Below are positions 17,577 through 26,203 of a stretch of 34,545 bases of DNA, one piece after another. This DNA is from Sandaracinaceae bacterium (GTDB lineage: Bacteria > Myxococcota_A > Polyangia > Polyangiales > Sandaracinaceae): assembly GCA_044220955.1 (NCBI GenBank), contig JBGAQA010000075.1:1-34545 (forward strand), written 5' to 3'. The notes under the pieces are model-generated. The model was not told the DNA's origin. It made no database searches and worked only from the letters and a program-made list of their open reading frames with translations. Numbering within the stretch: position 1 is the stretch's first letter; every line of letters starts with the position of its first letter. The position numbers and the translations under genes are program-made.

Positions 17577-17750
17577 TCCGCTCGCTCTGCGGCATCACTC
17601 GGGCCCGGGACGCGGGGGTCGCGCACGGGCGAGGATCCCCACCTCGATCCCCACATTCTGACGGGACAGCACGCGTCGGCACGCAGCACCACGAGGCACT
17701 TTCTCCCGAGAATCTCGGGTTTCTCGTTCACGCGCGGGGACTCGATCCCT

Positions 17751-17796
17751 CTTGCCAAGGTTGAAGTCGAGGGTTCGAATCCCTTGTCCCGCTCTC
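17751..17796 (+). repeat. att direct repeat, right copy (displaced 3' half of tRNA-Gly)
   Basis: Identical 46 bp to 12828-12873; lacks the tRNA 5' half. Confidence 0.92.
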
Positions 17797-17814
17797 CCGA
17801 ACCAAGGCGCTGAA

Positions 17815-17858
17815 CGAGGCCGGCACGAGCGGAACGCTCGCCGGCCTCGCGCCTTTTT
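17815..17858 (+). terminator. Intrinsic terminator after the right att copy (probably the original tRNA terminator)
   Basis: CGAGGCCGGC-AC-GAGCG-GAA-CGCTC-GCCGGCCTCG followed by CGCCTTTTT. Confidence 0.7.
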
Positions 17859-17985
17859 CGGCGCGATATCGCCCGAGGTGCCCGGGCGAGGCCGGGCGGT
17901 GATCGCGGATCCAAGTCGCGACCGACCTTGATATCCTGCCGGCCCGCCCCGCCTCCGAGGCAGTGGCGGCCCGGAGAGGACCGTC

Positions 17986-20900
17986 ATGAGCGAGCTCGAT
18001 CCCCGTCTGAAGTCCGCCCTCGCCGCCGTCGAGGCCGCCCCCGACGATCTCGGACTCTGGGACGATCTCGAAGAGATCGCGGCGAAGCTCCAGAAGCCCG
18101 ACGAGGTGGGTCAGCTCTACCGCGACGTGCTCGCGAAGAACCTGACGCAGGCGCAGGTCACCGCGATCGGCCCGCGCGCGTCCGGGTTCCACGAGGAGTG
18201 GTTCGGCGAGGACTCGCCCTTCCTCAGCGAGGTGCTCACGCGCGTGCTCACGCTCGACCCGCGCGCCGACTGGGCGCTCTCGCGCGTCACCGTGCTGATG
18301 ACGGTGCGCGAGCGCTGGAGCGATCTGCTCGCGCTCTACGACCGCGCCCTCGCGGCGGCCGACGATCCCTTCCGCAAGACGCAGCTGCTCGAGGAAGCGA
18401 TGCAGCTCGCCAAGGACTTCGCCGGGCAGCCCGACCGCGCCATCGGCTACCTCGCTCAGCTCTCCGAGCTGCGGCCGAGCGACACGCAGCTGAAGGTGCA
18501 GCTCGAGCGCCTGCTCGAGCGCCAGGGCCGCCACCAGGAGCTGATCGCGCTCTGGCGCAAGGGCGAGGACGCCGAGTCCCCCGAGAAGCGCCTCCAGATC
18601 GCGCGCACCTACCTCGACTCGCTGAGCGACGCGGGCGCGTCGCTGGAAGAGGCGCGCGGCCTGCTCGCAGGCGGCGAGGCGGTCGCGGACGCGATGGTGC
18701 TCGTCGAGCGCGTGCTCGCCCTCGACTCGGCGCCCGCGACGGTGCGGCGCGAGGCCCTCGCCGAGCTGCGCGAGCGCTACCAGGCCGCCGGCAAGTCGGA
18801 CGACTACCAGCGCGTCACGCGCGCGGCGCTCTCGTTCTCGACCGGGCAGGACAAGATCGCGCTGCACCGCGAGCTCGCCAACGTCGCAGAGAGCGCAGGG
18901 CAGCCGCAGGTCGCGCTCGAGCAGTGGGCCGCCGTGCTCGCGCTCGATCCCTCCGACGGCGAGGCCGAGGACCGGCTCGCGAAGGTCGCCGAGTCGATCG
19001 AGGCGTTCGGACCGCTGGCCGATGCGCTCGAGGCGGCGGCCGCCGCGTCCACGAGCACGTCCCGACGCAACGAGCTGCTCGTCGCCGCGGGCGACGTTCG
19101 TGCTCGCACCGATCGCGCGGCGGCGGAGGCGCTGTACCGCCGCGTGCTCGACGCCGATGGGACGAGCGCGGCGCGCAAGCTCGAGGTCGCGCGACGCCTC
19201 GCCGTCCTGCTCGACGCGGCGGGGGGCGAGCGGCGCGCGGATCTGCTGGCGCTGCGCGAGCAGCTCGCGACGCTCGAGGTGGACGCGTCCGAGCGCCGCC
19301 GCGCGCTCGGGAGCGCGGCGCGCCTGGCCGCCGAGCTCGGCGACCGGGACCGTGCGCTCGCCGCGTGGGACCGGCGCCTCGCCGCCGATCCCGCCGACCT
19401 CGAGGCGCTGGAAGCCAAGAGCGCGCTCCTGGCCGAGCTCGGGCGGCACGCCGATCGGGCCAAGACGCTGGCCGCGCGCGCGGCGCTCCCGCTCCCCGGT
19501 GCGGTGCGACGCACCGACCTCGTGGAGATCGCGACCATCGAGGAGACGCGGCTCGCCGATCACGCGGCCGCGATCGAGACATGGCGCGGCATCGCGTCCG
19601 AGTTCGGCGAGACCAACGAGACCGTCGACGCGCTCTCCCGCCTCTACGAGACCGTCGGCCGCCACGAGGCGAAGAACGAGCTGCTCGATCGCGCGAGCAA
19701 GCGCGACGCGGAGCGCGCGGTCGAGATGCTCGTGCGGCTCGCGACGCTGCGTGCGGGTCCCCTCGCCGACGGCGACAGCGCGGCCAAGCTCTTCCACGAG
19801 GCCATCCGCCTCGACCCCGGCCACCCGTCGGCGCGCGCGGGTCTCGCGACGCTACTCGCGGTCCCGAGCGCGAAGGCCGGCGCCGTCGAGGGCCTGGCCG
19901 AAGCAGCGCGTCGAACGGACGACGTGGACGCGCTGCTGGCGCTCCTGTCCGATCGGCTCGAGGCCTGCGGCGACGACACGCGCGCGCGCGTTCGCCTGCT
20001 GCGCGAGGCCAGCGCGCTCGAGGAGCAGCGCAAGGCGGATCCCGCGAAGGCCTTCGAGCACGCCCGCTCGGCGTTCGCGCTCACACCCGAGGACGACGCG
20101 CTCGAGCGCGAGCTGCTGCGGCTCGCAGGCGCCGCCGGCCGGCAGCGCGACGCCGCTGCGGCGCTGGCGGGGGCGAGCGCACGCCTCGTCGACGACCCGC
20201 TGCGCGCGTTCGCCCTCGGCAAGCGCGCCGCAGACCTCTTCGAAGCGAACGACGCCGACGCGGAGGCGCTCGAGGCTGCGCGCGCCGCGTTCGCGCTGCA
20301 GCCCACCGACGAGGAGGTGGCCGGCCAGGTCGCGCGCCTCGCGGCCGGCGCGGGAGACTTCGCCACCGTCGCGCGCACGCTGGTCGACTCCTCCTTCGCC
20401 CTTCGCGCCATCGAGGAGCCCCTGCTCGCGCAGGTCGAGGCGCAAGCGGAGGAGAAAGGCGCCTGGGACGCCCTCGCCGCGGGCGCGGAGCCGGCCATCG
20501 AGGCGCGCGCCGGTGCTCTCTCGTCGACCGAGGCGCGCGCGAGCTCGGACCTCTTGCGCTCGCTCTTCGTCCGGCTCGCCGCATGGCAGCGCGACCACCG
20601 GGGCGACCTCGAGAAGGCCGAGGCGCTCCTCGCGCGGGCGCTCGCGTTCGACCCCGCGCACACCGACACGCTCCGCGAGCTCGCGCGCCTCTCGTGGCGC
20701 GCGCCAGGACGCCGGCTGGTCGACACGCTCCTCGCGCTCGCCGATCAGCTGCCGGGCGACCTCGACGCGCTCTTCGACGCGGCCCGCATCGCCGAGGAGA
20801 ACGTGAAGGACCCCGTCCTGACGCGGGAGATCCTCGGCCGCCTGCAGCGCGCCGCGACGCGCCTCTGGCTGAAGGGCGAGCCCGCCAAGGGCGAGCGGCC

Positions 20901-23900
20901 CGCCGACCGCACGGCGCTCGACGCGCTCAACGCGCTCGTGCGCCTGGAGACCGACGCCGGCCGCATCGCGCACGCCATCGACTGGCTGGTCGAGGGCTCA
21001 CGCCTGCCGCTCCCCGCCTCGGAGTCGCGGGCGATGCTGCGACGCGCGGGCGACCTCGCGCAGGGCAAGCTCGGCGACGAGGCGCGCGCGATGCGTCTCT
21101 ACCAGCAGGTGATCGAGGACTCGCTCGAGGACAGCGAGGTCGTCGATCGCCTGGCCAAGACGTACGAGGCGCGCGCGCGCGTGCCGGAGCTGCTCGCCCT
21201 GCGCAAGCGCGAGCTCGAGCTCGAGCTGCCGGCGGAGCGCAAGCTCGTCGTGCGCCTCGAGGTCGCGCGACTGCTCGGCCACCTCGAGGAGAAGGGCGGT
21301 CGCGTGGAGATGCTCCGCGCGAACCTCGCCGAGCAGCCGGGCCACCAGGAGTCGATCGCCGAGGTCTCGAGCGTGCTCGAGGGCAAGGGTCGCAGCGCAG
21401 AGCTGGCGGACTTGCTCGCGGGGCAGGCGCGACGCCTCGAGGACCAGGACCCCCAGCGTGCGGCCGGCCTCTGGAGCCGCGTCGCGAAGATCGGCGAGGA
21501 GCAGCTGCGCGACACCGAGCGCGCGCTCACGGCGTACCGTCGCGTCGTCGGGCTCGCGGCCGGTAACCTCGGCGGCGCCATCGAGGCCCTGGAGGCGCTC
21601 TCGCGCATCCACCTCGGGCGCAACGAGCCCGCGCTCGCGGCCGAGTGGCTCGAGAAGCAGCTCGACGCGACCAAGGGCGTCGAGGCGCGCAACCAGGTCG
21701 CGCTCCGGCTCGCCGACGCGCGCCTCGCCGCGGGCCGCACCGACCGCGCGATCCTCGCGCTCGAGCGCGCCGTGGCCGAGGATCCCGCGGCCATCGCCGC
21801 GCGCGACCGGCTCGCCGACCTCTACCGGAAGTCCGACAAGCGCCTCGAGCTCGCGAACCTGCTCCGGGACGGCGCCAAGCACGCGAGCGGCGACGCGCAG
21901 ACGGCGTACGTGCACGAGGCCGCGGGCATCTACCGCGACCTCGGCGCGCCCGAAGAGGCGATCGGCATGCTCGAGTCCGCGCGCGAGCGCGCCGAGCTGG
22001 ACCAGGAACTGAAGAGCACCCTCGCCGAGGGCTACCGCAAGGCCGGCCGCCTCGCGGAGGCGCGCACCGTGCTCGAGCAGATGATCACCGACTTCGGCCG
22101 CCGCCGCTCGCCCGAGCGTGCGCATGCCCACTACCAGCTCGCGCAGGTCGCGCACGCAGCCGGCGACCTCAAGGAGGCGCTCGATCACCTCGACAAGGCC
22201 TCGAGCATGGACCTCGGCCACGCGGGGATCCTCCGCCTGCTCGGCCAGCTCGCGCGCGAGGGCGGGCAGCTCGACCGCAGCGAGCGCGCGTACCGCGCTC
22301 TCTTGCTCCTCGTGCGTCGTCAGTCGCCGGACGCGCCCGACGTGCAGGTCGGCGCCAGCGAGGTGCTCTACGAGCTCTCCCGCCTCGCCAAGGATCGCGG
22401 ACAGGACGCGCAGGCGCGCGAGCTGCTCGAGTCGGCGGTCGAGACGGGCCAGCAGCACAGCGCCGAAGCGGCGCGCTTCACGAGGGTGCTGATCGCGCGC
22501 GGCGAGGCCGATCTCGCCGAGAAGATCCTCGCCAAGCGCATGACCCTCGACGACTCGGGCATGCCGCGCGCGCGGGTCCTGGCCGATCGCGCCGACCTGC
22601 TCGAGACCCTGAAGGACCAGCCCAAGGAGGCGCTCGGGGCACGCCTCGAGGCGATCGAGATCGCGCCCGACTGGACGGCGCAGATCAGCGCCGCGCGCGC
22701 CACGGCCAAGAAGCACGGCGAGAGCGCGCGCGTGGCCGAGACGCTGCGCAAGCTCGTGGATCGAACGACGCGGCGCAAGGAGGACGCCCAGCTCGCGTCC
22801 GACCTGCTGATGCACCTCGCCGACATCCTGGAGAACGACGCCGGCGACCTCGCGGGCGCGGCGGAGGCGTACGCGCGCGTCGAGGGGCTCGGCGTGCGGA
22901 CCGTCGACGCATGGCGCGCCCTCGGTCGCGTCGCCGCAGCGCGTGGCGACCGCATCGAGGAGATCCGCGTGCTGCGCCGGCTCGTCGCCGCGGGCGTCGA
23001 CACGAGCAGCATGGGCCGCCCCGAGGACGACATCCCGGAGAGCGCCAAGACGGATGCGCTCTACCGCATCGCCGAGGTCGAGCTGCGCGATGGCGAGACG
23101 CTGCAGAGCGGCCTCGACACGCTCGCCGACGCGGTCGCGCGCGACGGCGACAACGCCCGCGCCGCCAAGGCCGCCGCCGACGCCGCCGCGCACTTCCCAG
23201 GGGACGCGCACTCCGGCGTCTACGACGGCCTGGCCGCGCTCTGGGAGCGGACGGCACGCGCGTCGGGGGACAAGTCGCTCCTGCTCGGGTACCTCGGTGA
23301 GCGCATCGCGGGCGAGGGCGCGTCGATCGAGGACGTGCGCGAGGCCGCGCAGGTCGCGACCGACCTCGGGCGCAGCGACGAGGCAGAGCGGCTGCTCGTC
23401 CGCGGAGCCGAGATCGCGAAGGGGTCGCTCGACGGGCTCGCGGGGGCGCTCTGGATCCCGACCTCGCTCGCGGACCGCCGGCGCGCGGCCGGCGACCTCG
23501 CGGGCGCGATCCGATGGACGCTCGCCGCGGTCGAGGCCTCCGAGGCCTCGGGCGACGCCCCGCGCACCGAGGCGCTCTCGAAGGATCTGGCTGCGCTGGC
23601 CTCGCAGCCCGGCGGCGACCCGGAGCTCGCCGTCCGCACGTACGCCAAGCTCGTCGAGGCGGAGCCGCGGGACCGCACGCTCTGGGGCCCGGCCGCCGAC
23701 GCGTACGTCGCCACCGAGGACCGCGCCGGGTACGAGGCGCTCGTGCGACGCACGCTCGACGGCCTCATCGAGCCCGAGGACCGCAACGCGCTCCGCATGG
23801 AGCTCGCCGCGCGCCTCATGGGACCCTTCGCCGCTCAGGAGGACGCCATCTCCGTGCTGCGCGAGGTCCTCGACGAGGATCCGGATCACCTCGGGGCCTC

Positions 23901-25827
23901 GCAGCTGCTCGCCGACGTCTTCGAGCGCTCCGGGCGCGACGAGGAGCTCGCCGACCTCCTGCGCCTGCAGCTCGACCGCGCGCGCGATCGCAACGACGCG
24001 GCCGCCGTGGCCGCGCTCTCGCTCCGCACCGGCGGCCTCTACGCCAAGACGCGCCGCGAGGACGCGATGGACGCGTACCGCGCCGGCCTCGACTGGGCGG
24101 CGGAGGATCCCGCGCTGCTCCGGGCGCTCTATCAGCTCTACGGGAAGGACGACGACGCGCGCGACCGCGCGACGCTCGGCGAGCGCTTGCTCGCCGTCGA
24201 GACGGGCGAGCCGGCCGCCAAGCTGGCGCTCTCGCTCGCCGACCAGCTCACGGAGCTCGAGGATCCGGACGCCGCGCTGCGCGCGCTGGACACCGGGTTC
24301 CGCGCCGCTCCCGGCCACGAGAAGCTGCGCAAGCGGCTCGAGCTGGCGCTGCGGGAGCGGGGCGACGTCGAGGCGCTCGCCGACATGATGGCGTTCGACG
24401 CCGCGCACCGGACCGACGCGGCCGCGCGCCTGGCGCGCTATCGCGAGGCGGCGGGCCTCTACAGGGGCGAGCTGAACCGCCCCGAGCGGGCCGCCGACGT
24501 GCTGAAGGACGCCGCCGCGCTCGCGCCGGGAGATCTCGCGCTCCTGGGCGAGCTCGTGGAGGCGCTCACGCAGTCGGGGCGCATCGACGATGCGGCCGAG
24601 GCCGTTCGCGCCGTGCTCGAGCAACGCCCGGACGCCACGCGCGAGAGGGCGCAGCTGCTCGGCACGCGCAGCCGGCTGCGCCTCGAGCTGCGCGACACCG
24701 CGGGCGCGCTCGAGGACGCGGAGGAGAGCTTCCGCATCGACGCCAAGGGCGCACAGGCGCAGCTCGTCGCCGCGCTCGATGCGCACCGGGACGTCCTGGC
24801 GAGCGGCGGTGACCTCGAGGGCGAGCGAGCGACCACGCTGCGGCTCTCCAGCATCCTGCGCGCCGGTGGCGACACACCGCGCAGCCGCGACGTGCTCGCC
24901 GGCTGGGTCGAGCGGGATCCGGGCGACGTCTCCGCGCTCCGCACGCTCGTCGAGCTCGACAGCGGTGCGGAGCGCTGGTCGGACGTCGTGATGCACACGA
25001 CTCGCCTGGTGGGCTTGGAGACGGGCGAGGCGCAGGCCGAGATCGCGCTGCGCTTGCACGCCGCGGCGGGCCAGGCCGGCGATCCAGGCTCCGCGCGCGA
25101 CGGCCTCGAGGCCGCGCACCGGGACCAGCCCGATCATGTGGGCATCCGCAACGCGCTGCGCGCGCTCTACGAGAGCATCGGCGCGTTCGAGGAGCTCGCT
25201 TCCGTCCTGCTCGTCGACGCGCAGCAGAACGAGGGCGACGTGCGCGAGGCGGCGCTGCGCCGCGCGGGCGAGATCTACGTGTACGAGCTGCAGCAGCCCG
25301 CGCGAGCGATCGGGCCGCTCCGCGAGGCGCTCGCGCTCAAGGAGGACGATCTCGACCTGCTCGTGCTGCTCGTCGACGCCCTCATCGGCTCGGACGCGCT
25401 CGCGGAGGCGGTGGAGATCCTCCAGACCGCGATCCAGCAGAAGGGCAAGAAGCGCTCGCCGGCGCTCGCCGCGCTCCAGCAGCGCATGGCGCGGATCGCG
25501 GGCCTCTCGGGCGACCCGCAGACACAGCTCGAGTGGCTCAAGGTCGCCCTCGAGACCGACAAGCAGTCGAGCGCGGTCGCGGCCGAGCTCGCCGAGCTCG
25601 CCATCCAGCTCGGCGACGACGCGAGCGCGATGAACGCGCTCAAGGTCGTCACGCTGCAGAAGACCCCGGGCCCGATGAGCAAGGCCGTGGCGTTCCTGCG
25701 CCAGGCGCAGATCGCGTCACGGCAGGGCGATCACCAGAAGGCGGTGCTCTGGGCGCGGCGCGCGCGCATCGAGGACGCGGAGCTGCGCGAGGCGGAGGAG
25801 TTCCTCCACTCCATCGGCGAGGCCTGA
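17986..25827 (+). CDS. Giant TPR/alpha-solenoid protein, 2613 aa (AgmK-like myxobacterial type)
   Basis: Continuous helical repeats of the type A...Y.R.L.LDP....A...L..LY; strong GC3 bias; GGAGAGGA RBS; TATCCT at 17932-17937; no signal peptide. Confidence 0.9.
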   Translation: MSELDPRLKSALAAVEAAPDDLGLWDDLEEIAAKLQKPDEVGQLYRDVLAKNLTQAQVTAIGPRASGFHEEWFGEDSPFLSEVLTRVLTLDPRADWALSRVTVLMTVRERWSDLLALYDRALAAADDPFRKTQLLEEAMQLAKDFAGQPDRAIGYLAQLSELRPSDTQLKVQLERLLERQGRHQELIALWRKGEDAESPEKRLQIARTYLDSLSDAGASLEEARGLLAGGEAVADAMVLVERVLALDSAPATVRREALAELRERYQAAGKSDDYQRVTRAALSFSTGQDKIALHRELANVAESAGQPQVALEQWAAVLALDPSDGEAEDRLAKVAESIEAFGPLADALEAAAAASTSTSRRNELLVAAGDVRARTDRAAAEALYRRVLDADGTSAARKLEVARRLAVLLDAAGGERRADLLALREQLATLEVDASERRRALGSAARLAAELGDRDRALAAWDRRLAADPADLEALEAKSALLAELGRHADRAKTLAARAALPLPGAVRRTDLVEIATIEETRLADHAAAIETWRGIASEFGETNETVDALSRLYETVGRHEAKNELLDRASKRDAERAVEMLVRLATLRAGPLADGDSAAKLFHEAIRLDPGHPSARAGLATLLAVPSAKAGAVEGLAEAARRTDDVDALLALLSDRLEACGDDTRARVRLLREASALEEQRKADPAKAFEHARSAFALTPEDDALERELLRLAGAAGRQRDAAAALAGASARLVDDPLRAFALGKRAADLFEANDADAEALEAARAAFALQPTDEEVAGQVARLAAGAGDFATVARTLVDSSFALRAIEEPLLAQVEAQAEEKGAWDALAAGAEPAIEARAGALSSTEARASSDLLRSLFVRLAAWQRDHRGDLEKAEALLARALAFDPAHTDTLRELARLSWRAPGRRLVDTLLALADQLPGDLDALFDAARIAEENVKDPVLTREILGRLQRAATRLWLKGEPAKGERPADRTALDALNALVRLETDAGRIAHAIDWLVEGSRLPLPASESRAMLRRAGDLAQGKLGDEARAMRLYQQVIEDSLEDSEVVDRLAKTYEARARVPELLALRKRELELELPAERKLVVRLEVARLLGHLEEKGGRVEMLRANLAEQPGHQESIAEVSSVLEGKGRSAELADLLAGQARRLEDQDPQRAAGLWSRVAKIGEEQLRDTERALTAYRRVVGLAAGNLGGAIEALEALSRIHLGRNEPALAAEWLEKQLDATKGVEARNQVALRLADARLAAGRTDRAILALERAVAEDPAAIAARDRLADLYRKSDKRLELANLLRDGAKHASGDAQTAYVHEAAGIYRDLGAPEEAIGMLESARERAELDQELKSTLAEGYRKAGRLAEARTVLEQMITDFGRRRSPERAHAHYQLAQVAHAAGDLKEALDHLDKASSMDLGHAGILRLLGQLAREGGQLDRSERAYRALLLLVRRQSPDAPDVQVGASEVLYELSRLAKDRGQDAQARELLESAVETGQQHSAEAARFTRVLIARGEADLAEKILAKRMTLDDSGMPRARVLADRADLLETLKDQPKEALGARLEAIEIAPDWTAQISAARATAKKHGESARVAETLRKLVDRTTRRKEDAQLASDLLMHLADILENDAGDLAGAAEAYARVEGLGVRTVDAWRALGRVAAARGDRIEEIRVLRRLVAAGVDTSSMGRPEDDIPESAKTDALYRIAEVELRDGETLQSGLDTLADAVARDGDNARAAKAAADAAAHFPGDAHSGVYDGLAALWERTARASGDKSLLLGYLGERIAGEGASIEDVREAAQVATDLGRSDEAERLLVRGAEIAKGSLDGLAGALWIPTSLADRRRAAGDLAGAIRWTLAAVEASEASGDAPRTEALSKDLAALASQPGGDPELAVRTYAKLVEAEPRDRTLWGPAADAYVATEDRAGYEALVRRTLDGLIEPEDRNALRMELAARLMGPFAAQEDAISVLREVLDEDPDHLGASQLLADVFERSGRDEELADLLRLQLDRARDRNDAAAVAALSLRTGGLYAKTRREDAMDAYRAGLDWAAEDPALLRALYQLYGKDDDARDRATLGERLLAVETGEPAAKLALSLADQLTELEDPDAALRALDTGFRAAPGHEKLRKRLELALRERGDVEALADMMAFDAAHRTDAAARLARYREAAGLYRGELNRPERAADVLKDAAALAPGDLALLGELVEALTQSGRIDDAAEAVRAVLEQRPDATRERAQLLGTRSRLRLELRDTAGALEDAEESFRIDAKGAQAQLVAALDAHRDVLASGGDLEGERATTLRLSSILRAGGDTPRSRDVLAGWVERDPGDVSALRTLVELDSGAERWSDVVMHTTRLVGLETGEAQAEIALRLHAAAGQAGDPGSARDGLEAAHRDQPDHVGIRNALRALYESIGAFEELASVLLVDAQQNEGDVREAALRRAGEIYVYELQQPARAIGPLREALALKEDDLDLLVLLVDALIGSDALAEAVEILQTAIQQKGKKRSPALAALQQRMARIAGLSGDPQTQLEWLKVALETDKQSSAVAAELAELAIQLGDDASAMNALKVVTLQKTPGPMSKAVAFLRQAQIASRQGDHQKAVLWARRARIEDAELREAEEFLHSIGEA

Positions 25828-25873
25828 GCGACGCGCACCCGGGTGCGTCGCGGCGACGTTCCCGGCGAGGAGT

Positions 25874-25975
25874 CCCGCGCCCGCGCCCGCGCCCTCGCCC
25901 TCGCCCGCGCCCGCGCCCGCGCCCGCGCCCTCGCCCTCGCCCTCGCGCTCGCCCTCGCCCTCGCCCTCGCCCTCG
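25874..25975. repeat. Hexanucleotide tandem repeat, 17 units of CCC(G/T)CG
   Basis: (CCCGCG)3(CCCTCG)2(CCCGCG)4(CCCTCG)3(CGCTCG)1(CCCTCG)4, intergenic between convergent genes. Confidence 0.92.
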
Positions 25976-26144
25976 CGCCACGCCGAGATCGGCGAGCACG
26001 CGTGAGCCCTGAGCGACGCACGTGCCGAAGCTCAGAGGCTGTCCCGAAATCGATTCGAGCCCCCGGGCCGATCCGGCGGCCGCGCGAGCTGAGCCGTGTG
26101 CCTCGCGAGGCGAGCGGTAGCGAGCCGAGTCGGTGAGGGGGTGA

Positions 26145-26170
26145 GACGCATCCGGCTCCGCCGGTGCGTC
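26145..26170. terminator. GC hairpin downstream of sucA (terminator or REP-like)
   Basis: GACGCA(T)CCGGC-TCC-GCCGGTGCGTC. Confidence 0.4.
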
Positions 26171-26203
26171 GAGGGGGCGGCTCACGCCACCTGAACTGAA
26201 AGG

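Noticed and set aside
17751..17796. Second tRNA-Gly gene
   Set aside because: Only the 3' half is present, with no 5' acceptor strand or D arm; it is the att duplicate.
25843..26136. ORFs with poly-(RA/LA) or poly-(PR/GR) tracts
   Set aside because: These are translations of the hexamer microsatellite with no other coding evidence.
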